DNA from: Psilocybe cubensis
Lineage: Eukaryota
Length of the DNA: 64,000 nucleotides
Assembly: GCA_017499595.2 (NCBI GenBank)
Contig: CM039008.1
Span: forward strand, 930,001 to 994,000
Direction: 5' to 3'
Shown: positions 25,801 to 37,323 of the stretch, piece by piece
Layout of the letters: each line of letters starts with the position of its first letter
Numbering within the stretch: the first letter of the stretch is position 1
Notes under the pieces: model-generated
What the model saw: the letters and a program-made list of their open reading frames with translations, nothing else
What the model was told of the DNA's origin: nothing
Databases searched by the model: none
Translations under genes and position numbers: made by a program

Positions 25801-28800
25801 CCCGCCGCCCCACCGTGCTTCTCGTCTCTTCTTCCATCTCGGCCGCATAGCTCGAATCCACGCAGAATAATTTTGATTTGGATCAGGCAGCGGACCGTCG
25901 TCTACTTCTGGTTCAGGAGTAATTTCACGAACTGTGGATCGCTCAGTGACAACGAGGCGTTTTCGGCCTGGATTTTCTGAGACGACGTCTTCAATATCGA
26001 CTGGTTGTGTCTCTTCATCATCTCCGTTTCCTTTCTGCCTAAAAAAGTCTGTCACTTTGTTCTGTTTGAACTTGTCTACGGCTCCAGCCACTCGACGATG
26101 TAGCCAATCCGGATGGCGAACGCGGGGAACAGGATTCGAAACCTTCTGCATCGCCGCCGGGATCGTAATCAATTTCTGGATGACGGAGCCCAACCGCTCA
26201 ATGTAGTAGTCCCAGTCCAAAATTGACCGAAGATCAAAGTTGACCAAACTACTGTCCTTGAGCCATCGGCGTAGATACGTGCGTTTGACGCTCTCCTCAG
26301 CAGAGAAAATGGCGACAGGCACAGCGCGCTCTGTGACAGGTGCGCCTATCGGTTTCGCAGAGATGATGAATTTACATGCCAACCCTTTATCTTTCACCAT
26401 CTGATCGCCCAAGAACTCTGCCAGGCGTTTGGCCGTGCTGATCGATGTCGACTTTTGACCTCCATACTCGGCCAGTGTTCGAGACATACTCCTGTTCTCG
26501 GCAATAAGGTCGACCAATTCTTCATCGCTCAAGTTTTCTGCTTTCGAAAAAAGAACGTCCAACCACTGATCAGCTACTTCTGCTACAGCGGAGTAACATT
26601 CCTGAGTGGTTGTTCCAAGCAAAAACTTCTCGAAAATGGCGGATTGGAAAATCTTGATGAGTTGTAGTTCTCCGCGACGTTTGACCTCGAATCCTTTCAG
26701 CTCAGCAAGCGACCCGTCGTCATTGAACACCGCGTAACGTTTCTTGAGTAATTTATCTTCCTCCTTTGACGAGGGCAAAATCATGGCTCTGTAGGGACCA
26801 TCCAATTCAAAGAAAATAGAGTTTTCGCTGTGCACGACGTATTCTCCGGTCTCCTTGTCAAGGTCATGGTACTGATGGTTCGTGAACTTGTCGTACACCA
26901 AATGATTTAGCATGGTGCAAGGATACGAAAATCCAATCGATTTGCCATTCTTGAGCTTGAATTTGAAGTTCTCCGGGAAAACGCCAGGTAACATGCACCA
27001 AATTCCGTCAGTATCCAACTCTAACGGCCGTCCGATCTGCTCCACCAACGCTCGAGCCATCTGGATAATCGTAGCGCCTGTCAAACAAGTAATACCTGCC
27101 ATCTCCATCGAATGCCATCGTGCACCTTTACGCATGACATATCCGTAAAAAGAGTTCAGAATACATTTATGCGCAAGTTGTAGCGAGTCATACAGCACGA
27201 TCATCTTCTTCGCCTCGTCGATCTCTCCGATGGACTTCCCTTCGCTGATGACTGAGTCGAGATTCTTCTTCCAGGCCTTATGAAGACCCTTGTACTCGTA
27301 TCGCCGATCTCTGAAACGTCGCACGGTATCGACGTAGAAAGGGTTCTCTCGCTGGCAAACGATGGACTCTCTGGTTTCGACTTTGGTGTCCTTCGTCTTC
27401 TTATACACCTTGCGGGAATAGTCGCCCAGGCGCTTGTGCAAGAGCGCGGTCTGCTCAGAGGCAGTCAAATCCGTAAATCGCCTCGTTTGTCCTCCAGGAC
27501 GCTTCGGAGGAAACGTCTCCTGGTTCAAAGCGTGTTTGATCATGTTAAACTCGTCCCGGTGTGCAGGGAAAAACTCTCCTCTCCAAGCCCAGTTCAGTCT
27601 GCGATCGCACGTCTTCCCAGGCCGGTTATAGTCGCACACAGCGCACACAGACTCGTCGACCATGGAATCTGGTTGCAGTCGATTTGACAACATGATATTG
27701 GGGTACATGGCCGCGACGTCGAGATGGTAAATGAGTGGATTGTCAGTGCGTTTCGGGTTATCGCGCATGACTTCAAGAGCAGCTGTAATTTCGGCTTTGA
27801 CTTCGTCGTAGTTGGTAACTTCGTCTAGAGATGATTTCGATTCTTGCGTGATACAGAATTTTAGGGCAGCATCCAGATCGTTTATGAGCTAAGAGAAATT
27901 AATAAAGAACACAGCAAGACAAGTATAAATCTTACCTGTTGAACAGCGGATGGCACAATCTTAAAATCTGTAGGTATGTCGCTCCTAAAGACACCGGCCT
28001 CTAATGCTTCTACATGTCCACCAACGTACGTTTCCGACGCCAGCAAATGTCCGTCGTACATGTTCCCTTGAGCATCCTCGTGTCTGTTTGGCATTATAAT
28101 GTGCCCACGATAAGCTTCAACCTAAAATCATCGTCAAAGAAAAGGCTGGGAAAATCTTGAATGACCTTACCATCAGAAGTGTTTCGCAAAGGGTTCCACT
28201 TCCCTTGCGCAGGACCTCGTCAGGATTGAGAGGAATAATGTTACATAGAGAGAAGACGAATGGATGGACATATTTCATGTACAGGTAGTAAGTCGCAACG
28301 GCATCGGACACTGAGTACTGAGCAAGAACTTGAGGTTGTTCAATAGCGTATCTGAACTTGGAGTAAGCAATCGAGTTACTATCGCATAAAATGGACAGCT
28401 TACGGAGTCATTAATTCAGGATCAAGTTCGATAGGGTTGTACCCCAGTTTTGCGGTTGTTACTGCTTTCAAACCTTGGCTTCCCTGGGGAAGGTAGGAAT
28501 CGCGTTTCACCCACCGGAAACAATCCATATGGACACATGTGCGGCTCTTGTATTCATCTTCCAAATCCTTTGCAAATCCTATTTCTTGAAACATGTCGAT
28601 GCCATTAACCTGGGCACGAGCGTCGAGGAAAGGGAAATCAAAGAAATCGCCGTTGTATGTAGCCATAACGGTAGGCTTGACGTCTTGAATGTGTGAAAAG
28701 AAACGTTTAATCGTAGCTGCCTAAAAAATTTGGTTAATACAGGTAACAGAATGAAAGAAAAAGTGCACACTTCGTCTGGTTCATTGAAAATGATGAATGG

Positions 28801-30011
28801 TCCCTCATACCCATCCTTGGGAGTGTACTCGAAATCTTCAATGTCCTCGCTGACAATTTCGCGGTTGGTGATTAAGTACCCTTGGCCATCCACCATATAC
28901 GAAATCATCATAACCTGGTCGATGGCTTGGTCGGGAAATTTGAGCGGCAATTTTGTAGTCTCTATATCGAAGGCCATAACCACGGGGTCGGCACGCTTCA
29001 CTCGCTCATGATTCAGGCTGAACGAAGGTTGTCCCTCGGTAAACGTAACAGAATACCATAGCCCAACCCGAACCTCATTATCGATAGCAACACGCAAGTA
29101 GTATGGTACGTCATACTCTCGCACGTCGATAATGCATTCTCGAGGGTCCTGGTCTCGATGAGTGGCAGGTTTCCTGGATGGTCCTCCAAATACCCCTTCC
29201 ATGTCATCCTCGAACGCGATATCCATGCTGGCATCGGTAGTTGCGCGGATGACTTCAGCATAAGCATCAACAGCGTCGCGTTTGGCACCATTGGCTAGAG
29301 CCAACGGAACAATGTCGCGTCTAACAGTGAGCAGATCGGAAATGTTGCGAAAACACAGCTGAAGATATAGGCGACGATGGCCCATGAGATGGTTGGGCAA
29401 TTTGAGGTCCTCCTTTTTGTCACGAACTATCCGGCAAATTAATCCTTCGTACTGTTTGTTCAGCCACTCTTCTATCATAGTTTCTGTACCCGTCTGAGCC
29501 AAGACATCAGCCACAAGTAAAAGTAGACGCGTATAAATTGACCTTGCATGCAATGTAAAAGTATGGTTCGTATTGCAGTGTACATTTAAACATTCCACCG
29601 TCGTCTTGAATGAAGTAGAAATCAACCGCTGCTCTTCCTGACGGCCAGTCTGGATCTTTGACTAATGTCTGTTACTTTCTTGAGTAGGGCCTTTCAGCAA
29701 CAAAAGTACAGACTCACTGGATGCATATTAATCAGCCATCCTTCCTTCTTGAGCCCTTGGTCTACCCTTGCAAATCCCAGTTTCTCGTCAATCTCGTCAT
29801 TTTGTGCAGCTTTTTCGAACTTCTCCGCGAGCTGTGTTCCGTCGTCTTCGCGAACAGCTTGAACGGTTTCACCACTAGCAGCCTTCCCACCACGGCCTCG
29901 ACCACGTCCTCCCCTCCAAGAACTACCTCCGCGAAATCCTCCAGAGCGAAAAGAGCCCCGTCCACCTCTTCCGCGAGACGAGGTGAGCCCAAAGGTGCCT
30001 CCTCTGGCCAT
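22891..30011 (-). CDS. POL2: DNA polymerase epsilon catalytic subunit A
   Basis: Exonuclease motif [15 protein letters not shown]-family polymerase motifs [25 protein letters not shown] and [11 protein letters not shown]-terminal CysA/CysB zinc-finger cysteines. The last exon [10 protein letters not shown] ends at 22891. Confidence 0.98.
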
Positions 30012-30083
30012 ACCTAGAATATTTCTGGCACAGCTCAAGCTCGGCGAGTCGTGGTTTTAGAGGAAAAAGTATATTGTCACGCA

Positions 30084-30377
30084 ACGCGTCCTGTCACGCG
30101 CATTATGAATATGGTCACGGTTGGGCTTCTCTCTTCCCAACCACTTTCTCATGGCGATACACGCAGTCTCTGGCTAGTACTAGTCTGAATCTCTTCAAAT
30201 TGAAGGCCGGTACGCTTGAGCACCCGCGCGTCTCACAACAGTGCGCGCCTATAACAGAAATATACTCTAATTGGGAATTTCTTTGCTGATGCCCTCGCCC
30301 CTTTTTAAAGTCGGCATACTGACTCCGAATCCGTTAACCTTTCGCCCGGTGCTATTTACTTACAAGTATCAACGCGT
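30084..30377. promoter_or_regulatory. Divergent POL2/DUF4246 promoter with MCB-like ACGCGT elements
   Basis: ACGCGT at 30084-30089 and 30372-30377, plus CGCG cores near 30097 and 30226, in the ~410-bp gap between the two head-to-head ATGs. Confidence 0.5.
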
Positions 30378-30423
30378 TACCCATTATGCTTGCCTGACCT
30401 TCTCCACAAAAACTCACAAATCT

Positions 30424-32426
30424 ATGCTGCCAGGATTCGGGCTCCCTGTCAATCACGTTCCTCAAAAAGGGGACCCTGAATATATCGATGACCTGTATTG
30501 CAGTGCTTTGAGTCCTGGCAATTTATACCACGGCTTTATAAAGTACGTCCCTTGTCATTAGGAATTAGGAGCCGTCAGAGATCTCATAAATATCTCTCCC
30601 AGTCAACGACTCACAACCTTACGCGAGTTTACCATGATGCAGTTAATGAACACCATCACAGACAAACCTGGTTGGCAAATCAAGGTGCCTTATGTCTGAG
30701 AACATATGCGAAGGACAGAACTTCATCTACTCATCAGGTGTATGACCCAAAAATCTCCTACAAGTGGAAGGAAGAAGCCCTTTCATCGGGGAAGGATATA
30801 TCCTCGAAAATGGTCGACTGGTGCATTGACGAACTTCGTTACAAAGCCTCTTTGATTCCGGATTCTGCGCCCCATCCACCTCCTATAGTTGTTTATAACG
30901 GCGACGTAGTCAAGTCAGATTATGCCGTGTCACCTGAACTCAAAATCGAGCTTCAAAATGCAGTGAAAGCCTTCGAAGATAAGATCCCAGAACACCTGAA
31001 AGACTGGCACCCTGACTCCGATGAGAAGGTGCTCGACCTTGTCCACCCATCGCTCTACCCACTTGTGTATGGTCTCACGCGCGTGCTCCCCGATGGCCAA
31101 ATAACGACTCTAGACGATTGCATCCAACGCAGCGGACAAGGTGTAATTGCTCCAGTTCCAACTAAAAATTGATACCTCAGATTCACAGTCTAAGAGTATA
31201 GACAATCCCCGAGGAATCTTCGGCCCATATCGAAGTCCTTACAGTGCGAAATTCCAATGGCTACCTTGCGAGGTCGATATTTCAGGAGAAGAAGCAAGGT
31301 ATACATTTTAACGCTTTCCAATCATGCTTTTGATAATTAGTATCTTTCAAGGATAACATCCTATATCAATAACCTCCACCCTCAAGAAGACAAACCTCTG
31401 TACAAACTTATATCCAAATTGATAACCGTTTCCATTCCCCTGTGGAATCTGACTATGGCCCCTCTACGGAAAGGCGGTTGGGGAGGTTCGCTATTCCTTC
31501 ACTCACCTCGCATCCATTATAACAAGGTTGTTTATGACCCTGACCCTGCAAACTGGCCCGAGCAAGAAGGCCCTCAGCCTGATCATGAGGAAGGCGAAGA
31601 CAGAGACGATGACATGTACCTCCAAAGAAGACAAGCATGGATTGAAAGTACACGACGAATTGTATTGCCTGAGCCTGGTGTCTTCAAACCTCTGCCATCG
31701 CCCCCGCCGTTTAGCCTTAAAGATAAATACGGAGCTCGAGGTCTCCAGGTCATCGTCAAACTAGCCAATATTGAACTGACACCCGATAAGCCAGAATATA
31801 ATGGCGGATCATGGCATATCGAAGGTCAAATGGTACGCCTTGTTTTACTATACACACCGTTTTGATATTAAAAAGAGCTTATCTAGAACGAGCACATAGT
31901 TGCAACTTCAATTTATTACTATTCTTCCTCTAATATCACCACTTCATCCCTCTCCTTTAGGCAGCAATGTTGGTCCAACATCGATTATGACATTGACTAC
32001 CCTGTCGGAAGTGACTACGAGTGGCTCCTCGACATATTTGGCTGTGAGCGAAATGAACCTACAGTCCAATTCGTAGGCTCAGTAATGACACCAGAAGGTC
32101 GCCTCCTCACATTCCCGAATATACTCCAACACCGTGTCGAACCTTTCAAGCTCGAAGACCCGACCAAACCGGGGCACCGCAAAATTGTCGCTCTTTTCCT
32201 GGTCGACCCAAACATCAAAATTATTAGCACCGCAAATGTCCCATGTCAAAGGGCGGATTGGGTTTTGAATGCAGACTCGTCGAGTGCTAGATCAGAAGAT
32301 GGATTTCCTATCACTGAGGACGCAGCGAAAGATCTTAAGCTGGAGCTTATGGAGGAGCGAAAAGAGTTTGCGGTAAACCATGGAATAGCGTTCGAGGCAA
32401 TGACAATTTCTCTCTGCGAACACTAA
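30424..32426 (+). CDS. DUF4246-family protein (putative 2OG/Fe-oxygenase-like fold); possible frameshift near 31165
   Basis: REFTMMQLMNTITDKPGWQIKVYD, DWHPDSDEKVLDLVHPSLYPLVYG, SAKFQWLPCEV, ITSYINNLHP, LQVIVKLANIELTPDKPEYNGGSWHIEGQMNEHIVAT, FPNILQHRVEPF and GHRKIVALFLVDP; ends SLCEH. Confidence 0.8.
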
Positions 32427-32815
32427 CATGTAATATTGGTGACCTTTGTTTATCAACTGGCAGATAAATTATTCAGTAAATCGATACCGATATATGTTTC
32501 CAGAGGTGGCTACTTTGGGCTGCTGTGTCATGTAATTATGCAGTATTCATAATACAAGGAAGATCGTCATAATAATAGTGTACAAGTGATGATGACATTC
32601 ATATCCATGGCGAGTATCAATCGCTATAGACGCGAAACGTGAAATGGAACACATAAAGAAAGGTGAATGTTTGTAACAAAACCAGAACTCAAAATAAAAA
32701 GGATCAAAATGACAGCAAACGAAAAAAAAGAAAGATGCGGGGTCGTCGTATATCAGCTTGGCTCAGCCTCGAAAAGTTACAAGTGGAAAGAAGAGGAGAG
32801 AAAGAAATCCAGCGC

Positions 32816-35437
32816 TCAATATTCTTCGTCCTCATTAACGGTATACCCTCCACCCCATCTCTTCGTTCCATGGCCAACAGCCACAGGGATATCCACGACG
32901 TCCACGCTCGGTCTTGGCTTGAAACTCTCCCTCCTGGCCCTTGTCGACTTCTTCGCTATCCCTCCCGCCCCTGCCACACTGCCAGCCTTGCCGTACCCGC
33001 CAGCTGCCGCTCCTCCGCTCGCCGTCCTCCCACCACTTCCATAACCCATCACCGACGCGCTCCGCACGCCCATGCTCCCAGGTGCATATGCACTAGCGCC
33101 ATAGATTACACTTGTCGGCACGCGTCCATGGCCCAGCGCATGCTGCGCCGTCCCTGGTTTCGGCTGCACCATCCCCAAAGTCAACCCGGCCGGTCTAGGC
33201 AGACCGGACCCAACACCCCCACTTAGACTCTTACTCGGAATCTTGGTGGGCGACGAGGACCGCAGATGGCCGTTGCTGTTGCTATTACTATTCGAGGTGT
33301 TGACACCGCGATGCGTACCCAGAGGCGCGCGCACACCGTAGACAGGCGTGCTCGCCGCGTGCTCTCCGACGCGCTGCCGCTTGCTTGGCACGCTTTGGCT
33401 TCCATTTCCGGCTTGCTCGCGCGTCCGCACTGCGGGTGTCACTACACCTGTCTTGGTTCCGGGAACGTAGCCAGAAGAACCTGTGGGGGTTGTGGCACGG
33501 GCAGGGACTGAACCGGCTCGTGATGAGGGTTTGCGTTTGTTTTCTTGATCAGCAGCGCTGACGCTCTCCATAAGTAGCTGCAAGAAGCTCTCGCCATGAA
33601 CAAGGAATGGACGCCCGGCGTCCTCTTCCCAAGCAGGTATTGACACCAGTAAGTCTTGCTCAAGCTGAATGATGAATTAAAGTTGTCAGTCGGACATGAT
33701 AAAGAGAAAAATGCACTTTGAAGACTTACGCGAGGCTTTTCTTTCTGTACCCTCTTCCTCATCTTTTCCTCTCGGAGAAGACGACCAGGGTCGCGTGGTC
33801 CACGACCTGTTAGTCTTGTCTGATCAGAGGCGGCATTCGCCAGCTCTTTCTCCTCCTCGCAGATCTCAAAATATTTCTTGATAGCGGCCAATAATGGAGC
33901 TTTATTTCTCCTTTCCTCCTTCAGTCGTTTGATCTCGTCTTCATGCAGAGTCAAGAGTTGTTCAGTATACTCGTCTAGACAAAAGTATCAGTGCTCAGGG
34001 TATGTTTGAAGCACAAACAAAAGATTACCCACCATCAGCGAAAGGCGGGAAGTCAGCTCGCTCCTCTTCCCCAATCATTAAATCATCCCACAGTCGGACG
34101 ATCTCCTCTCTCGCACTAGCAACAAATGTGCCCATCCTTTCTCTCTTCAGCTCCAACATCCTCTCAAGCTCGTCCTCGTACTCTTGCACCGTCTCTTCCG
34201 TACTGCCCCTGTGAGCCTCGACAAAGTTATCCATGTCTTCTTCGGACACACCCAACCGTCTCCATAGGCCCTCTAATTGGTCATACATTGTCTGGATATG
34301 GGCTTCGCGACGGCGTTTGATTTCCTCAAGTGACGCATGCAAAGTAGCAGCCCAGCTTAAAAGACCCGGTGTTGGGTCGACGCCATCGAGACCGACAGGT
34401 ACAGACTGAGATTGAGGCAGATTCTCTGCCTCTGCCTCCTCGATGCGCGCGACGAAATTTGAGAAAATTCTTTGATATTCATATTCCGGCACAGATCCGA
34501 CATCTTCACGGAATAGTATATTTGTTGAGGTTGACCTGGACATTGGTGTAGGTGTCGAAGTAAGGAAGGGATCAGACGATGAAACTTTTGTTGAGGATGA
34601 AGAAGCGAGTGATTGAGTAAAAGTACTGGTAGTCTGAGCAGGCGATGCTTCCAGTTCATCGGTAGCTGGAGGCACAATCCCGAGTTCGGTATACAACCAG
34701 TCGATTTGTACGAATGTGGCCGAAAGTTGGTTTAACCGTTTAAGCTAAAGAGATTGGTTTGAATAGAATTTTACACCAGACACAAGGCCACTTACCACTT
34801 CTGCTTTCCCTCGAACCAGCTCTTTCTCAAGTTTCATGAACCTCTCCGGAGTGACATCCCGATTGGCACCGGCGTCATACGCGCTCTCCCCAGCGGCGAC
34901 GGTTGGTTCAATTATATCTTGTGCAAAGTAATCAGGACCAAGAGTCCGAGACAATGCATTCAGGCGATTTGTCAGCGTGTTCAACTGCTCGACTTTGGTG
35001 TGATAGAGCTAAATATTTCTCTTCGTGAGGCCTCGTCGCGAAGGAGATCGAGTGGCACTCACCTGTCGCAGTTTTTCTTGATACTCTGATATTAGCTCAA
35101 ACCTCCTCGGTAGAGCTTGCTCCTTCCTTAGCTCGCCTAGACTGCTTCCAGTAGCCTTGATGTTCCCTCCCAGGGCCTTGGTATACCTAATGCACTCATT
35201 CTCCAACCCATCGCATTTGGCCATCCACTCATCCACCTCCTTCCTCCTTCGATCTATCCGTAGTTCGACACCATCTACAAGCTGTTGTTGTAGCGCTCTT
35301 AGCTCGTCTTCTAGTGCTGATTCAGGCAGTCCCAGTTGGGCATGGAGGGTTGGAAGCAGCTGAGTCTGCGATAGAAGATGGCTATGCAGAGAGTTGAGCA
35401 ACGACGTCAAGGTCGTCGCCGTTGACGGCGTCGACAT
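32816..35437 (-). CDS. ASE1: Microtubule-bundling protein, MAP65/ASE1/PRC1 family
   Basis: Coiled-coil N-terminus, LWRRLGV, ELERMLELKRERM, EIVRLWDDL, RDPGRLLREEKMRKRV and WEEDAGRPFLVHGE; basic disordered C-terminal tail. Confidence 0.9.
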
Positions 35438-37323
35438 GTTTGTTGGAAATGAGCTGGGTTTCGCTATAATAAACGAGGGGTGGGAAGGGAATAATCGGTC
35501 AGACCTGCGTCGACGTTGTCCAAGTTCAAGTTGAAATTCGCGATCAACGACAGCCGCGTGCCAGTTTCAACATAGCACGTGACCGTACCACACGATGACA
35601 TAATCCAGGGCAGTGGACCATCAAACTGGTGGTAAGGAAGGAGACAAGACGCACATTTGGCTACCAGCACCGCGAGCGGGCGTCCTTTCTCTTCCTGTGC
35701 TCCTTCAACTATTGGCTTGTTTTCCACACTCTTTCACTTTCTCACTGGTGCCTTCGTATGGACTGAGTATGGATGTGTTCATATGGACAGAGTATGGATA
35801 TCAAAGATTGCAACACCAATCAGTTTGATATGTTGTGTGTCTGACGGCGAAACTGTGGGCGTAATTATCCAGGACCAGATAAATCAGCAACAGGTGTGTG
35901 CCATTATTTCCATATTATTGTTCTTGAACTTTTTTTCGCTGGTCAATCGCCTGATTAGTCGCGAGTTGCGACTGCCTACCCACCTACTTACACGACGCCC
36001 CATTTTCTCTATATCCAGTATATCAACTATCTCCCAAGCCCTATTATTGAATTTCATGAGCAATCGTGAGGTAGCACGTCCGACAGCATTTTCCTTCAAC
36101 CAACACCTACCATATGGAACTGAAACGGAAACGAAACACTTCATTTCTTTCTCCCCAGCGCGCAGAGACGAATCTGACATTTTGATTCCTGTGCTCCCGC
36201 TTGCTCCGGAGTCCACATCAACAATGATCCATCATCCATCCTCTCAAATAAAATAGAACAGCCACGGATCCAGCATGACGTCAAACCGATCCTGCTATCC
36301 GTTGCTTTTGCCATATCCCTGCCATCCATTTAATCGAAGCTTCACACTACAACCGATATGTTATGAGCGTTATCTATGAGGACCAATTGACGAAAGCAAT
36401 TCATGATGTACGTATACTTAGCAAATGCAGCGTCACCATTAACACGAGTAAAAAAAGCAGGCAGAGATGAAAATATCTGGGAAGCCGTGTACCCGTTCGT
36501 TTCACGTCTCATCCAACTCCTTCTTGATGCACTAGAACCATTGCAGGTGGAACCAATTGTGATAACTCTGGGATATCATTACTCCTCGCCCGATTGGGGA
36601 TCGTTTTCACTACTGCAAGGATATTATCAATAATTGCCCGTGGGCCGCAGCAAGAGTTAACCGCCGCTTTAACTATTAGTGTCCCACCAGTAGCGGCTCA
36701 CTAGATTATGATCCTAATGTCTGGCGGCTCCGGGACTTGAGCCGAGATCAGGGCGCAGAGCTGACACAATTTATTATCTGCCCTGATCATGAATTCCATG
36801 ATCTTGATGCAAAGCACCACAGCAAACCAAAGCATCAGTGATACCAGAACATTGACGGAAAATCGACGACGCGCTGCATGTGGACCATATTATGATACAG
36901 GAGTGGATTTACGGGTACTACGGGCTCAGGTCGTGCGGGTATACAGCTCATGACCTTCAATTCTGCATCAACTCACTATCGACGGTTCAATTCTGACATG
37001 CTAGTCGGACGCTAAGCACTTCATAAACTTCCATCGTTGTGGTCACTATTTAATCTTCTCTCCAAAGAGTGCGCGAACAACAGTACTTCGGTACAATGAA
37101 TATGTTGTATGGGGAAAGGTATGGTCCAAGGATGGACTTTTAAGCTTTTAATCAATTTTTGGTTATGTTTAAATTAAAAGATGGTGGCTCACAGAAAACA
37201 TTATTTGTGGCTCTAGTTCCATGATTTAGATCATTGTAAAGTGATCCATTGAATTCCTCTCGGACACATATATACCCTACTTCACTTTTAAAGGATCGAC
37301 TTTAGATCATCCTCAAATCAACC

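Noticed and set aside
22891..30011. Intein or other insertion in POL2
   Set aside because: Length and motif order fit an ordinary Pol epsilon; no Hint or LAGLIDADG signatures.
35657..36256. 199-aa ORF between ASE1 and the NRPS-like gene
   Set aside because: Non-ATG start, no motifs, composition like promoter/UTR sequence.
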